Of a DNA stretch of 64,000 nt, positions 28,363-39,338 are shown one piece after another. The translations under genes and the position numbers were made by a program. The DNA is from an uncultured Chloroflexia bacterium (lineage in GTDB: Bacteria > Chloroflexota > Limnocylindria > Limnocylindrales > CSP1-4): positions 43,587 through 107,586 of the forward strand of contig CAVTKZ010000004.1 of NCBI GenBank assembly GCA_963735455.1, in the 5' to 3' direction. The notes under the pieces are model-generated. The model did not search any database. It saw nothing but the letters and a program-made list of their open reading frames with translations, and was not told the origin of the DNA. Position 1 is the first letter of the stretch; the number at the start of each line of letters is the position of its first letter.

Positions 28363-29109
28363 ATGCGTGCGTCCGGGCCAGTTGAGCCGGCGATCGAAAC
28401 CCACGACCTGCATAAGGCCTTCGGCGAGATCCGAGCCGTCGACGGGATCGACCTGTCGTTCCCGGCCGGGCGGATCTACGGCCTGCTCGGACCGAACGGC
28501 TCGGGCAAGACGACCCTGATCCGGCTGATGGCCGGGCTCGCCGTGGCGACGTCCGGGACGGTGACCGTGCTCGGCACCCGGATGCCATCCCGCCCGCTCC
28601 TCGCCCGGATCGGCTACATGACCCAGAGCGACGGCCTGTACTCCGAGCTGTCGGTCTGGGAGAACCTGAAGTTCTTCGCCGCGATGTCGGGCCAGCGCGA
28701 TGACGCGGCCATCGCCGAGACGCTCGACGTCGTCGAGCTCGGGGACCGGCGCGACACCCCGATCCTGGAGCTGTCGGGTGGCATGCGCCGGCGCCTGTCG
28801 CTGGCGTGCGCCCTGGTCCATCGGCCGGCCGTCGTCTTCCTCGACGAGCCGACCGTGGGCGTCGATCCCGTCCTGCGCTACCAGCTCTGGGACCACTTCC
28901 GCCGGCTCGCGACGGCCGGTACGACCCTGGTCGTGTCGAGCCACGTGATGGACGAGGGCGACCGCTGCGACGAGCTCGTCCTGATCCGCGCCGGCAAGGT
29001 GCTGACGACCGGCACGGGCACGGAGATCCGCCGGCAGGCCGGCTCGCCCGACCTCGAATCGGCGTTTCTCAAGCTGTCCGGCGTGACGATCGAGGGCGAC
29101 GCCCAATGA
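28363..29109 (+). CDS. ABC transporter ATP-binding protein
   Basis: Walker A GPNGSGKTT, signature LSGGMRRRL, Walker B VVFLDEPTVGVD. Confidence 0.9.
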   Translation: MRASGPVEPAIETHDLHKAFGEIRAVDGIDLSFPAGRIYGLLGPNGSGKTTLIRLMAGLAVATSGTVTVLGTRMPSRPLLARIGYMTQSDGLYSELSVWENLKFFAAMSGQRDDAAIAETLDVVELGDRRDTPILELSGGMRRRLSLACALVHRPAVVFLDEPTVGVDPVLRYQLWDHFRRLATAGTTLVVSSHVMDEGDRCDELVLIRAGKVLTTGTGTEIRRQAGSPDLESAFLKLSGVTIEGDAQ

Positions 29110-30257
29110 GCAGGTTGCGTGTGGCGGCGATCGCCCGCCGGGTCATCCAGCAGATCCGTCGCGACCGCCGCTCGCTGGCCCTGCTCCTCGTCGCGCCAAT
29201 CGCGGTGCTGGCCCTGCTCGGCTTCGTGATCCGGGACGAGAAGCCACTCGCGACGCGGCTGGGCATCGTGGCCCTCGGTGGCCCGGCCGAGGCGCCCGTT
29301 GAAGCCGCGTTAAGCGCGGCCGCGGCGCAGGCCGGCGTGACGGTCGTGGACGCCGGGACCGACGTGGCGAGCGGGCGGGCCGCGGTCCAGGCCGGCCGGG
29401 CCGATGTTGTCATCGTCCTGCCGGCCAATCTGTCCAGCGGCCTGGCCGGCGGCGCGGCCTCGGTCCAGCTGATCACCCTCGGCGAGGCGCCCATCGATGA
29501 CGGTGCCCGGCTCCAGGTCGTGGCCGGCCTGCTCCAGCGAGCAGCAAGCCAGGGCGGGGCGGCGCTGACGATCGAGCACGACACGATCTACGGCTCGCCG
29601 ACGGCCGACGTCCTGGACACGTTCGCGCCGGGGCTGATCGGCTTCTTCGGCTTCTTCTTCGTGTTCGTCCTGACCGGGATCAGCTTCCTGCGCGAGCGAA
29701 CGGGCGGCACCTTGGAGCGGCTGCTCGCGACGCCGGTCCGGCGCAGCGAGATCGTCGTCGGCTACAGCCTGGGCTTCGGCCTCTTCGCGACGATCCAGGT
29801 GGTCCTGATCCTGTTGTTCACCCTGTCGGTGGTCAGCGTGCCCGCGATCGGCCCGCTGGCCAGCTTCACCGTTGGCCTGGGCATCACCAACGCCGGCAGC
29901 CCGCTCCTCGCCTTCCTGGTCTTGTTCCTGACCGCGATCGGGGCGGTCAACCTGGCGATCTTCCTGTCGACCTATGCCCGGACTGAGCTCCAGGTCCTCG
30001 AATTCATCCCGATCGTGATCGTCCCCCAGGCATTTCTCGGCGGCCTCCTCTGGTCGGTCAATAGCCTGCCGGATCCACTCGGGCCGATCGCCGGCCTGCT
30101 GCCGATGACCCACGCGATCGACGGCCTGCGGGCCGTCCTGGTCCGCGGCGCGGGGCTGGCCGACGGCAGTCTCCAGCTCGATATCGCCTACCTGGCCGGC
30201 GTGGCGATCCTGTTCGTCGTCCTCGCCGGAGCGACCATCCGCCGCGAGATCGCCTAG
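29106..30257 (+). CDS. ABC-2 type transporter permease
   Basis: ATGA overlap with the ATPase gene. An N-terminal TM helix, a large extracytoplasmic loop, then five C-terminal TM helices. This topology is typical of ABC-2 exporters. Confidence 0.85.
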   Translation: MSRLRVAAIARRVIQQIRRDRRSLALLLVAPIAVLALLGFVIRDEKPLATRLGIVALGGPAEAPVEAALSAAAAQAGVTVVDAGTDVASGRAAVQAGRADVVIVLPANLSSGLAGGAASVQLITLGEAPIDDGARLQVVAGLLQRAASQGGAALTIEHDTIYGSPTADVLDTFAPGLIGFFGFFFVFVLTGISFLRERTGGTLERLLATPVRRSEIVVGYSLGFGLFATIQVVLILLFTLSVVSVPAIGPLASFTVGLGITNAGSPLLAFLVLFLTAIGAVNLAIFLSTYARTELQVLEFIPIVIVPQAFLGGLLWSVNSLPDPLGPIAGLLPMTHAIDGLRAVLVRGAGLADGSLQLDIAYLAGVAILFVVLAGATIRREIA

Positions 30258-30259
30258 GC

Positions 30260-30853
30260 GTGGCGCGTTCCGGCCGCCGCCCCGGCGAGAGCGGGGCCCG
30301 CGAGCGGATCGCCGAGAGTGCCCGCGAGGCGTTCGGCGAGGAAGGCTTCGACGGGGCGACGATCCGCGGGATCGCCCTTCGAGCCGGCGTCGATCCCGCG
30401 CTCATCCATCACTACTTCGGATCCAAGCAGCGCTTGTTCCTGACCGTCATGAGCCTGCCCTTCGACAGCGCGCTCCTCCAGGCCCAGCTCCTTGGGCCTG
30501 GTCGGGGTGGCATCGGCGATCGGCTCGTGCGCTTCTTCCTGGGACTCTGGCTGCAACCAGGCCTTCGGCCGGTCCTGACCGGCCTGGTCCGCTCGGCAAC
30601 GACCGAGCCCGACGCCGCGGTCCTGCTGCGCGACTTCCTCGGCCGGCAGGGCCTGTTCCGGCTCGTCGCCGCGATCGCGCCCGACCAGCCGGACTTCCGG
30701 GCGGTGCTCGTCGGCTCGCACCTGATCGGGTTGGCGATGGCCCGCTACATCGTCGGACTCGAGCCGTTGGCATCAGCGGACCTGGAGCGCATCGTCGCCG
30801 CGACGGGTCCGACGATCGAGCGCTACCTGATCGGCGACCTGGGCGGCGCCTGA
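30260..30853 (+). CDS. TetR-family transcriptional regulator
   Basis: GTG start 3 nt after the permease stop. HTH region: RERIAESAREAFGEEGFDGATIRGIALRAGVDPALIHHYFGSKQRLF. Confidence 0.8.
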   Translation: MARSGRRPGESGARERIAESAREAFGEEGFDGATIRGIALRAGVDPALIHHYFGSKQRLFLTVMSLPFDSALLQAQLLGPGRGGIGDRLVRFFLGLWLQPGLRPVLTGLVRSATTEPDAAVLLRDFLGRQGLFRLVAAIAPDQPDFRAVLVGSHLIGLAMARYIVGLEPLASADLERIVAATGPTIERYLIGDLGGA

Positions 30854-30948
30854 CGCGCCGCATCGCGAGGGCTGCGCGAGGACGGCCGAGCGACGATCAT
30901 GGGCAGGAACGGACCCGCGCGAAACCCGCCCACTGGAGAGCGACCGGC

Positions 30949-32323
30949 ATGGATCACTTCGACTTCATCATCATCGGCGCCGGGCCGGGCGGCGAGGCGG
31001 CGGCCTACGAGGCCCGGACGCGCGGGGCGAGCGTGGCCGTGATCGACGAGGACCTGTTCGGCGGGTCGTGCCCGCATTGGGGCTGTATCCCCTCGAAGAC
31101 GCTCCTCCACGCGGCGGCCGAGCATGCCGAGGGCGCCGACTACGACTGGCCGCGCGCCTCGGCCCGGCGCGATTACATGATCAACCGCGAGAAGCGCGAC
31201 TACCCCGACGACTCGGGCCACGTGAAGGGCCTCGAGGCCGCCGGCGCGCTGACGTACCGGGGTACGGGCGCGCTCGACGGCAGGAGCGGCGGCACGCTCA
31301 AGGTGAGCGTCACGCATGACGACAAGCGGCACGAGCTGACCGCTGCGAACGTGCTGATCGCCGTCGGCTCGGGCACGAAGATGCCGCCGATCGAGGGGAT
31401 CGAGACGGTCCGCACCTGGACCAACAAGGACGCGACCGGCGCCCGGGAGCTGCCCAAGAGCCTCCTCGTCCTGGGCGGTGGCCCGACCGGCGTCGAGCTG
31501 GCCGAGGTCTACGCCCGGTTCGGCGTCCCGACGACGGTCGTCCAGTCCGGCAATCGGCTGATCCCCACGGACCATCCCCGCAACTCGGAGGCCGCAAGGC
31601 TGGCCCTGATCCGCGACGGCGTCGACGTCCGGCTCGGCGTCCGGGCAATCAAGGCCGAGGCCGGGATCGGGCCCGACGGCGCCGACGTGATCCAGCTCGA
31701 CAACGGCTCGACGGCCCACGGCCACGCGATCCTGCTGGCGGTCGGGCGGACCTTCCCGCTCGAGCCGCTCCACCTCGAGACCGTCGGGATCGACATCAAG
31801 GACCGCCACGCCCTGCCCCACGACGGTCGGCTGAGGATCCAGGACGGCCTGTACCTGATCGGCGACCCGGCCGGGCCCGAGCTCCACACCCACCAGGCCC
31901 ACTACCAGGGCCAGGTCGCCGTCCGGATGGCGCTCGGCGACGACGTGAAGCCCGACTACCGGGCCCTGCCCCGGGCGACCTACACCGACCCCGAGCTGGC
32001 CTCGGTCGGGGTGACCCTCGACGAGGCGACTGGCCGCCGGCCTGGACGCGTTCGAGTGCGTCGCAGATTTCCCGACGACGGCCAAGGGCTACTCGGTCGA
32101 GGCCACCTTCGGCCACGTCACGATCGTCGTCGATCGCGCGACCCACGAGCTGATCGGCGCGGCGATGGCCACGCCCGACGCCTCGGCGGCGATCCACGAA
32201 TGCGTCCTGGCGATCAAGGCCCATGTCAAGATCGAGGTCCTGGCCGACACGATCCACGCCTTCCCGTCGACCTCGCGGATCTTCAACGGCCTGTTCGACG
32301 AGGCCTGGCGCAAGCTCGCCTAG
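30949..32323 (+). CDS. class I pyridine nucleotide-disulfide oxidoreductase (dihydrolipoyl dehydrogenase / mercuric or mycothione reductase family), with a 1-nt frameshift near 32029
   Basis: FAD motif GAGPGG, redox-active CPHWGC, NAD motif GGGPTGVE. After ...VTLDEA the track ORF becomes Arg-rich junk (running to 32361). The adjacent frame instead reads LAAGLDAFECV...IHAFPSTSRIF...WRKLA*, ending at 32323 (dimerisation domain). Confidence 0.85.
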
Positions 32324-32347
32324 GGCCCGCAAACCCGTCTAGCCGGC

Positions 32348-34477
32348 CTACGGGCCCTTGAGCGTCACCGTGTAGGTCGTCTGAAGCTCTGCGGACAGGC
32401 CGCCGAAGCCGAGATCGACGCCATTCTCGTGAGAGAACGACCAGGTCAAGGTCCCGCCGCCAACCGAGGTCGGGGCACCCAGCGGCAGCGGCGGCACGAG
32501 TCCCGACAAGGGGATGGTCTTGCCGGCGCTCCCGCACATGCCAAGCTTTTGGGGCTCGCCCGTCGCCGTGCACGTGGTTTCGACCTCGCTTGCGAAGGTC
32601 ATCGTCAGGTTGCAGAGCGTGCCGCTGATCCCGGCCCCCTGGAGCTGGATGGTCTTGTCGATCGTGCCCACGGCCGGGCCCTGGAAGACCATGTGGTCCA
32701 TCGTGGTCCACTGAAAGGTCCCCCCCAGCGTCCCGTTCGGCGCGACGATGACGGTCAGCGGCCCGGTGGAATGGCTGTTTTCACCGCCCGACTCGCCCAG
32801 GTCGATCTGGCCCGGCGGCTCGATGGTCGTGGTGTCGCCCGTGAACGTGCCGGAATACGTGCCGGCAGGCAGGCTAACGCTGCACGAGGCCGTGCCGTCA
32901 CTCGCCGCCGCGCTCGACGGCTTCGGAGTGGCCTGGTCGTGGTAGTGCAGGAAGGCGTAGCCCGTCCCGCGGGCGTCAAGGATCGGGTTGACGTTGTCCT
33001 GGAGCTTCTCGACGGTGGGTTGGAGGATCTCCTGCTTGACAAAGTTGCGCAGGAGCTGGGGCACGAACCCAAGCAAGGCATTGGTCAGCGCATTCCGCAA
33101 CTTGTCGAGCTCGGGCCGATGGGCGGTCACCGGCATCTCGTCGGACTGGGTGCGATCCTCGCCGGTCTTGCCCGGATCCGGGCTAACGGTGAAAGCCCAC
33201 GTTGCAACACCGGTGCTGTCGGTCTGGTCCGCGACCTGCCCCGGTTTGTTGCCGGCAAGAAGCGCCCCGCCGGCCGGCTCGATAGCGATCGGCCCCCACG
33301 TGATCGGGACGTTCTTCGAGCTGAAATCGGGCAGGGCGATCTTGGCCACGTTGGCGCAGTCCTGGAGGATCGCCGGCCACTTGGGGATGTCGGCAGCCGT
33401 GATCGTGGCCACGTAGGCGCCGGGCAGGGGACCGTCGCCCAGGGTGAAGTCGGCTCCGTTGAACGCCGCGTTGGAGCCGCCAGAGACCTCGACGTCGACC
33501 CCGTAGGGCAGGAATGAGACGATCTCCTCGGCTACCCCGGAGATCGTCGCGGCAATGCTCCGGATCCCGTCCAGCACCGCACCGGTGACGGTCGTGATCA
33601 GGCCCTCGGCGAACTTCTGGAGGACGGTGACCGCGAAGTTCCAGATCGTGGCAAAGATCTTGCCGAAGGGGTTGCTCGGCTCGGCCAGCTTCAGGGCATC
33701 GAAGAGGGCATCGATCTTGCTTTGGAGCCAGTTCGCGGCATTCGAGCAGATCCCGCCGACGGGATCCGCCGGCAGGACGAAGCCCCGGCCGTCAGCGGGG
33801 TTGGCCACCGACGCGATCTCGCGTGATGTGTCGAGGGCCGCAGCCGACGGGGATGGCGACGGCGCCGCGACCTGGCCGCCGGCCGTTCCCAGGTCGGACG
33901 CGAAGAGGACCAGGACCAGGGCCGGGAAGCGGACCGTTGGCGGATCGAGGAGGTCCTGGCCGGCCATCACGGCTCGGGCCAGGGCGGCGCCGGGCGAGTC
34001 CACAGCCGCGACATAGCTGGCCAGGAGGACCGAGGCGGAGGCGATGGTCGTATTGCCGGCGGGCACCGGCACCACCCTGTCGAGCTCGGCCCCGGACCAG
34101 GTCGCACCGGTCCAGATGCCCACCGCCAGGGCATGGGTCTGGAAGTCGAGCAGCTGCAACGGGCTCGCCGCCGCCGTGAGCGGCGCTTCTGGGGTCACGC
34201 TCGACGGATCGCTGTACGTTGCGATTCCGGCCCGGGCCAGGGCGGCGACCATCGCCGAGGTGTTGTCTGCCGTGTAGCTCGCGGCGGTGAGGCGGTCGGC
34301 GAGGGCCCAGGCGGCGTCATCGATCGGCGCCGTGGCGCCGTTCGGGGCCAGCCGGGCAGCGACCGTCCGGCTGGTGCCCAAACCAGGGCTGGCCGCGGCC
34401 GGCGTCGACGGGCTTGCCGCGCAGCCCCAGACCAGCAGGGCGATCGCGAGCACGGCCGCGGCGCGGGTGGCTCTCAT
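32348..34477 (-). CDS. large secreted lipoprotein, function unknown
   Basis: Met at 34477 with a lipobox (LLVWGC|A). About 709 aa of Ala/Gly/Thr-rich, non-repetitive sequence. No family recognised. Confidence 0.55.
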   Translation of the reverse strand: MRATRAAAVLAIALLVWGCAASPSTPAAASPGLGTSRTVAARLAPNGATAPIDDAAWALADRLTAASYTADNTSAMVAALARAGIATYSDPSSVTPEAPLTAAASPLQLLDFQTHALAVGIWTGATWSGAELDRVVPVPAGNTTIASASVLLASYVAAVDSPGAALARAVMAGQDLLDPPTVRFPALVLVLFASDLGTAGGQVAAPSPSPSAAALDTSREIASVANPADGRGFVLPADPVGGICSNAANWLQSKIDALFDALKLAEPSNPFGKIFATIWNFAVTVLQKFAEGLITTVTGAVLDGIRSIAATISGVAEEIVSFLPYGVDVEVSGGSNAAFNGADFTLGDGPLPGAYVATITAADIPKWPAILQDCANVAKIALPDFSSKNVPITWGPIAIEPAGGALLAGNKPGQVADQTDSTGVATWAFTVSPDPGKTGEDRTQSDEMPVTAHRPELDKLRNALTNALLGFVPQLLRNFVKQEILQPTVEKLQDNVNPILDARGTGYAFLHYHDQATPKPSSAAASDGTASCSVSLPAGTYSGTFTGDTTTIEPPGQIDLGESGGENSHSTGPLTVIVAPNGTLGGTFQWTTMDHMVFQGPAVGTIDKTIQLQGAGISGTLCNLTMTFASEVETTCTATGEPQKLGMCGSAGKTIPLSGLVPPLPLGAPTSVGGGTLTWSFSHENGVDLGFGGLSAELQTTYTVTLKGP

Positions 34478-34481
34478 CGGA

Positions 34482-35159
34482 TCAGCTCCCGACCGAAAAC
34501 ATGTCTGTGCACAGGACGGCTTCCTTGGCGGCATAGGCCGCCGCCGCGGCATCGCTGACCTGGAAGATCGGGCCGCTGCCGGTCTTCTCGATGGTCAGCG
34601 GAGTGGCGTCCGCCGGGGGCAGGACGACGCACGTCAGCGAGCCCTTGTGAGCAACGACGAACGGTGTCGCGCCGGCGACGGGCTGCTCCCAGACCGCGAC
34701 ATCGCCGACGCCGGGGAGCGGGTTCTGCGGGCCGGACGCCATGCCGGTGGCCTGGTCGTTGTAGAAGCTCTTGTCGGTGTCGCCGGGGAAGACCGTCACG
34801 GTCATGTTGTCGCCGTTGATCGGTTCCCCGGGCAAGACGAACGCGCACGACTCGGGTCCGCCGGTCTGGGCGGCCGAGATCGTCGGCTTGATGAGGGCCT
34901 GGGCGTCGGCGACCTTCAGAGCGGCGCAGTACCTCGCGTCGGAGCCGGTGTTGCCGGCCGGCGCGGAGCCACCACCGCCGGCCGGAGCGGAGGCCGCGGC
35001 CGAGCTGCCATTGCCTGCTGGCGCCGAGCCTCCTCCGGCCGGGGCGGCCTGGCTTCCGCCTGCGCCGGCCGGGGCGGTCGTTGCGGAGCCCGAGCAGGCA
35101 GCGACGCTGAGAATGACCACGAGCAGGGCGATCGACCGACCCCGATCGAGCAGATGCAT
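34482..35159 (-). CDS. secreted lipoprotein, function unknown (four conserved-looking Cys; DUF3558-like at best)
   Basis: Met at 35159, lipobox LSVAAC|S, then a Gly/Ala/Ser low-complexity linker and a 4-Cys globular domain. The stop lies 4 nt before the next lipoprotein gene. Confidence 0.55.
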   Translation of the reverse strand: MHLLDRGRSIALLVVILSVAACSGSATTAPAGAGGSQAAPAGGGSAPAGNGSSAAASAPAGGGGSAPAGNTGSDARYCAALKVADAQALIKPTISAAQTGGPESCAFVLPGEPINGDNMTVTVFPGDTDKSFYNDQATGMASGPQNPLPGVGDVAVWEQPVAGATPFVVAHKGSLTCVVLPPADATPLTIEKTGSGPIFQVSDAAAAAYAAKEAVLCTDMFSVGS

Positions 35160-35353
35160 GGACACGTCCGACCTCGCTCCGAGTGGATGAACGAGGCGGA
35201 GCGTCGCATCGGCCGATCGCAAACCGATCGCAGCGAGATCGCAGCTCGGTTGCGGCGGCACGAGGCCCCGTCGATTTCGGTTGGCGGCCGAGGATATCTA
35301 CTGGATATCCTCTCCGGCGGCACGATTCCCCCGGGACGACCCGGACGCGCTCT

Positions 35354-35761
35354 CTAATCGGCCAGTTCGGACAGGAACTCCGCAGGGGTCCGCACCGGCA
35401 CCCGCTTGGCCAGCGACGTGAGGTGGACGTCGCCCGAGACCAGCAGGGCATGCTCCGCGGCAGCCAGCGCGATGAGGTAATCGTCGTTGGGGTCGCTGGA
35501 GCGGATGGGCGGTGGCTCGACGGGGTCGGCCGCGAGATCCGCCGAGCGCCCAAGCCAGTCCACGAACGCTTCGGCGTCAGCCGCCGGGACCAGGCGCGCA
35601 AGCTTCGGGTACGCCAGGGCCCGCCGGACCTCGGCGAGGAGGAGGGGCGAGACGACCAGGTCGAACGCGCCGGCCTGCCACGCCAGGAGGAGCTGAGCCG
35701 GGCTGCCTCGTGGTGAGATGACCGCCGAGATCAAGACATTGGCGTCGAGCACGGCGCGCAC
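35354..35761 (-). CDS. PIN-domain toxin of a type II toxin-antitoxin pair
   Basis: Motifs: LDANVLISAV, SPLLLAEV, and DPNDDYLIALA...LVSGD (PIN acidic residues). Confidence 0.8.
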   Translation of the reverse strand: MRAVLDANVLISAVISPRGSPAQLLLAWQAGAFDLVVSPLLLAEVRRALAYPKLARLVPAADAEAFVDWLGRSADLAADPVEPPPIRSSDPNDDYLIALAAAEHALLVSGDVHLTSLAKRVPVRTPAEFLSELAD

Positions 35762-35768
35762 GGGTGCG

Positions 35769-35990
35769 TCAGCCGCGGGTCTGGTGCTGGGCCTCGTTGG
35801 CGAGCGCGAGCGCCTCGTCCTCGTCGAGGTCGTTCGTCGCCCAGAGGCGGTCGAGCAGGTCGAGGCCGAGATCTCGCCGAAGCGCCTCCTCGATCACGTC
35901 ACTGTCGCCCTTGCCGAGCCGTGCCGCCCGCACCTTGACCGCGCGCAGCACCCCCGGGTCAATCGTCAGGGTCGTGCGAACCTTTGTCAT
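35769..35990 (-). CDS. ribbon-helix-helix-type antitoxin
   Basis: 73 aa, 7 nt upstream of the PIN gene. The N-terminal part (TTLTIDPGVLRAVKVRAARLGKGDSDVIEEALR) fits an RHH strand-helix-helix pattern. Confidence 0.7.
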   Translation of the reverse strand: MTKVRTTLTIDPGVLRAVKVRAARLGKGDSDVIEEALRRDLGLDLLDRLWATNDLDEDEALALANEAQHQTRG

Positions 35991-36033
35991 CGATACATCA
36001 TAGCATCAAGATGTGGCTGTCGGCCCCGGGAGA

Positions 36034-36076
36034 GGCGTCTGGAAAGGGCGTCGGAAAGGGCGTCGGAAAGGCTGAT
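36034..36076. repeat. 12-bp tandem repeat GGAAAGGGCGTC x3 (third copy degenerate) upstream of the TA operon
   Basis: Units at 36041-36052, 36053-36064 and 36065-36076, preceded by a partial GGCGTC. They lie between the cyclase-STAND stop (36104) and the antitoxin start (35990). Confidence 0.5.
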
Positions 36077-36103
36077 CGTCTCGCGGATGTAGCCGGCGAG
36101 GCC

Positions 36104-39100
36104 TCAGGCCTTGCGGGAGGTCGAATAGCGGTCGTGCTGCTCGATGTCGCCGATCTCGAGCAGGCCGCGCAGCCCGGCGTCCACGAGGGCCTGATCGCCG
36201 GTCAGCCGGCCGAGCTCGACCCGCACCCGGGCGGTCGCCGGACGCGCCCCGGCGCCTTCGAAGAACTCGAGGGCGGCCCGTAGGGCCGAGGCATCGCCGT
36301 GGGCCAGGCCCCGAGACCGGTCGAGCTGGGCCTTGACGAGCCTGGCCTCGGGCAGGATCGCGGCGGCGACCGTCGTGAGCGTCTGGTCGGGCAGGACGAA
36401 TCCGCGGTCCGAAACGAATGACAAGGCTCGCTCGGTCGTCTCATAGCCGACGGCGCCGGTGTCGCTCGAGGCCAGCAACGCGGCAACGGCCGCCGGGTCG
36501 CCCTTCACGATCGCTCGATGCGTGTCGGCCCGGGAGGAGTCGTGGAAGGCTCCATCGATCTCGGCAATCGTCTCGCCCCAGCGGGTCATGCCCGCCTCGT
36601 CGCCCTTGGCGCGGGCCACCTGGAACGCCGCGATGAAGCCTCGGGTCGCATAGCCCGCTGCGACCCGATCGAGGAGCTGCCACAGGGCGTGAGCGCGGGA
36701 GGCGATCCGATCGACCTCGCCCCAGTTGCCCTGAAGCGTGGCGGTCAGGGTCCACCACGCCGACAGGTGGAGGGCCCAGTTCGAGGCCTGTCCCGGCTGG
36801 AGCTGGGGGAACGTCGTCTCGCAGGTGGTCGCGGCCAGCTCCAGGTCCCCGGTCGTGTCGGCGGCCCAGACGACCATGCACGCCGCGTCGATCCGCTCGC
36901 TCAGGTCGAGCCCGATCGCCCAGTGCCAGCCGGCGTCGGGCCGTGCTGGTCATCAAGGCATAGTCGCCCCGTTGCTGGGCGTTGCCGCCGATCCCGTCGA
37001 GGGCGGCGCTCTGCAGGTTCTTCTCGCCGTGGCGCGAGGCGAGTTCCAGGCCTTCCTGGGCGCTCGCGTCCGCCGCGGCCATCTCGGCCTCGGTCGGCAC
37101 GCGGCCACCGGCATTGATCCAGAACGGCAGGAAGGCCTCGGCGATCCGAAACCCGGCGATCGCCACCTCGTCGGTGACCTGGGGCAGGAGGCTGCGACCC
37201 TCCTCGAACATCGCGGCCAGCTCGGCCTCGCTCGGCCGCCCGGCGACGGATCCCTGCCAGCGGGTATGGAAGGTCAGGATCGTGTTGAGGATCCCCAGGA
37301 CCCGATTGGGCGGCGCGTTGGTCGAACGGGCCAGACGGAGGGCGATCGTCATCGCCTCGATGCTGATGTCGCCGTGGACGAACGTGTTGCCGAGCCGCTC
37401 GTACAGGTCGAGATGGCGATCCGGCGTGGCGAGCTCGATCGCCGCTCGCAGGTGACGGAGCGCCTCGACGTTGGCCGCGGCCGCCTCCGCGGCCGTTGCC
37501 GCGGCCTCGAGCCGGATCACGGCCTCGCGGCGCAGCTCCGGCGCGTCGTCGAGGTCGAGAGCCGTGGCCAGGGACGCGGCTTCGCGGGCATGGACGGCGA
37601 TCAGCTCGGCGAAGGCATCGCCCTGGCCGCCAGCGCGCGACGCCAGCCAGTCCGCCGCCGCGTGGTGGAGGTGAGCCCGCTCGGCCCGCGGGAGCATCCC
37701 GTAGGCGACCTCGCGGATCAGGATGTGCCGGAAGCTGACCTCGTGCGCGCCCGACTGGCGGACGAGGTCGCGCTCGAGGAGATCCTCGAGGACCCGTTCG
37801 GCGTCGGCCGCCAGGGCCGGATCGAGGGCCGTGATCCCGGCCAGGGCAAAGCCGCGGCCGAAGATCGAGCCGACCTGGAGCATCCGCCGCTCGGCCGCCG
37901 AGAGCAGGTCGAGGCGGGCCAGGACCGTGGCCTGGACCGTGTCCGGCAGGCGCCGAAGCGCGTCCTGGACCAGGCCCGGCTCGAGGCTCGGGCCGACCTG
38001 CTCGACCAGGGCCCGGACGATCTCGCCGGCGTAGAACGGGTTGCCATCGGCCCGCTCGACGACCGCCTCGACCACGTCCGGGGCGATCCCCTCGACGAGG
38101 TGCTCGACCAGCGTGGCGACGTCCACGTCGGGCAGCGGCTCGAGCGACAGCGACAGGGCGTTGCGCCGGCCGCCGCTCCACGAGGCCCGCCGATCGAGCA
38201 GCTCGGGCCGGGCGATCGCCACGATCAGGATCGGCAGGTCGGGTCGCGGCTGGACGAGCGAGTCGAGCAGGTCGAGGAGCGAATCGCTCGACCAGTGGAG
38301 GTCCTCCAGGACGACGGTCAGCGGACCCTCCGTGGCGGCGGCTTCGATCGCCGTCCGCCAGGCGTTGAACAGGGCGCCCCGATCGGTGACCTCCAGGTCG
38401 ATCGTGCCGATCGTGGCCAGGAGCGCGTCGGCGATCGCCGGCGCATCCTCGACGCCGCGCTCGCGGAGCCAGTCCGCGGTCATCCGGCGGGCCTCGTCGG
38501 GCGGGGTGTCGTCATCGATCCCGACAAGCGTGCCGAGCACCGATCGCAGCGGCCAGTAGCTGAGGCGCTGGCCGTAGGGCAGGCACTGGGCGGTCGCCAC
38601 GGTGCCGCCCCCGCTGATCTCGGGCAGCCGGTCGAGAAGCGCCTCGACGAGGCGGGTCTTGCCGGTCCCGGCCGGGGCCACGATGCTGACCAGGAACGGC
38701 CGTCGCTCGGTGAAGACCCGCCGGGCGACGAGCTCGAGCTGCATCAGGTCGGCGTCGCGGCCGATCATCGGCAGCTGCCGCCGGGATCGCGTTGCCCGCC
38801 CGACGAGCGCCCGGGCCGGGATCGGCAGGGCCTTGCCCTTCGCCTCGAGGCGGGCCGGCGGTCCGTACACGAAGCCGCTCGCCGATTGCGAGCTGCGCTC
38901 GGCGACGAGGATCGCCCACGGCTCGGCCTGCTGCTGGAGGCGGGCAGCGGTGTTGACCGCATCGCCGGTGATCAGGAAGTCCTCGCCGGCCGAGGCGTCG
39001 CGGCGGGCCACGACCTCGCCGCTGGCGACGCCGAGCCGGATCGGCAGGCGCTCCTTCAGGCGCGGGTCGTCGCGGACGCGATCCCTGAGGTCGAGCGCGG

Positions 39101-39338
39101 CGCCGATCGCCCGCTCGGCGTCGTCGCCATGGGCCACCGGCAGGCCGAAGACCGCCATCACCGCGTCGCCGATGAACTTCTCGACCGTCCCGCCGTAGTC
39201 GCCGATCACCTCGCTGGCGATCGCGTAGTAGCGGGTCAGCAGGGCGCGCAGGTCCTCGGGATCGAGCTCCTCGCCGAGCGCGGTCGAGCCGGCCACGTCG
39301 GCGAACAGGATCGTGACGAGCCGGCGCTCCTCGGTCAT
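36104..39338 (-). CDS. class III cyclase / STAND AAA ATPase / TPR-like protein (paralog 3, no zinc ribbons), with a 1-nt insertion in the homopolymer 36938-36940 (track fragments 36441..39401 and 36104..36877)
   Basis: Start Met at 39338 (MTEERRLVTILFADVAGST...GGTVEKFIGDAVMAVFGLP). P-loop APAGTGKTRL. Removing one base gives ...MTSTADAGWHWAIGLDLSERIDAACMVVWAAD, which joins the two frames. Confidence 0.85.
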
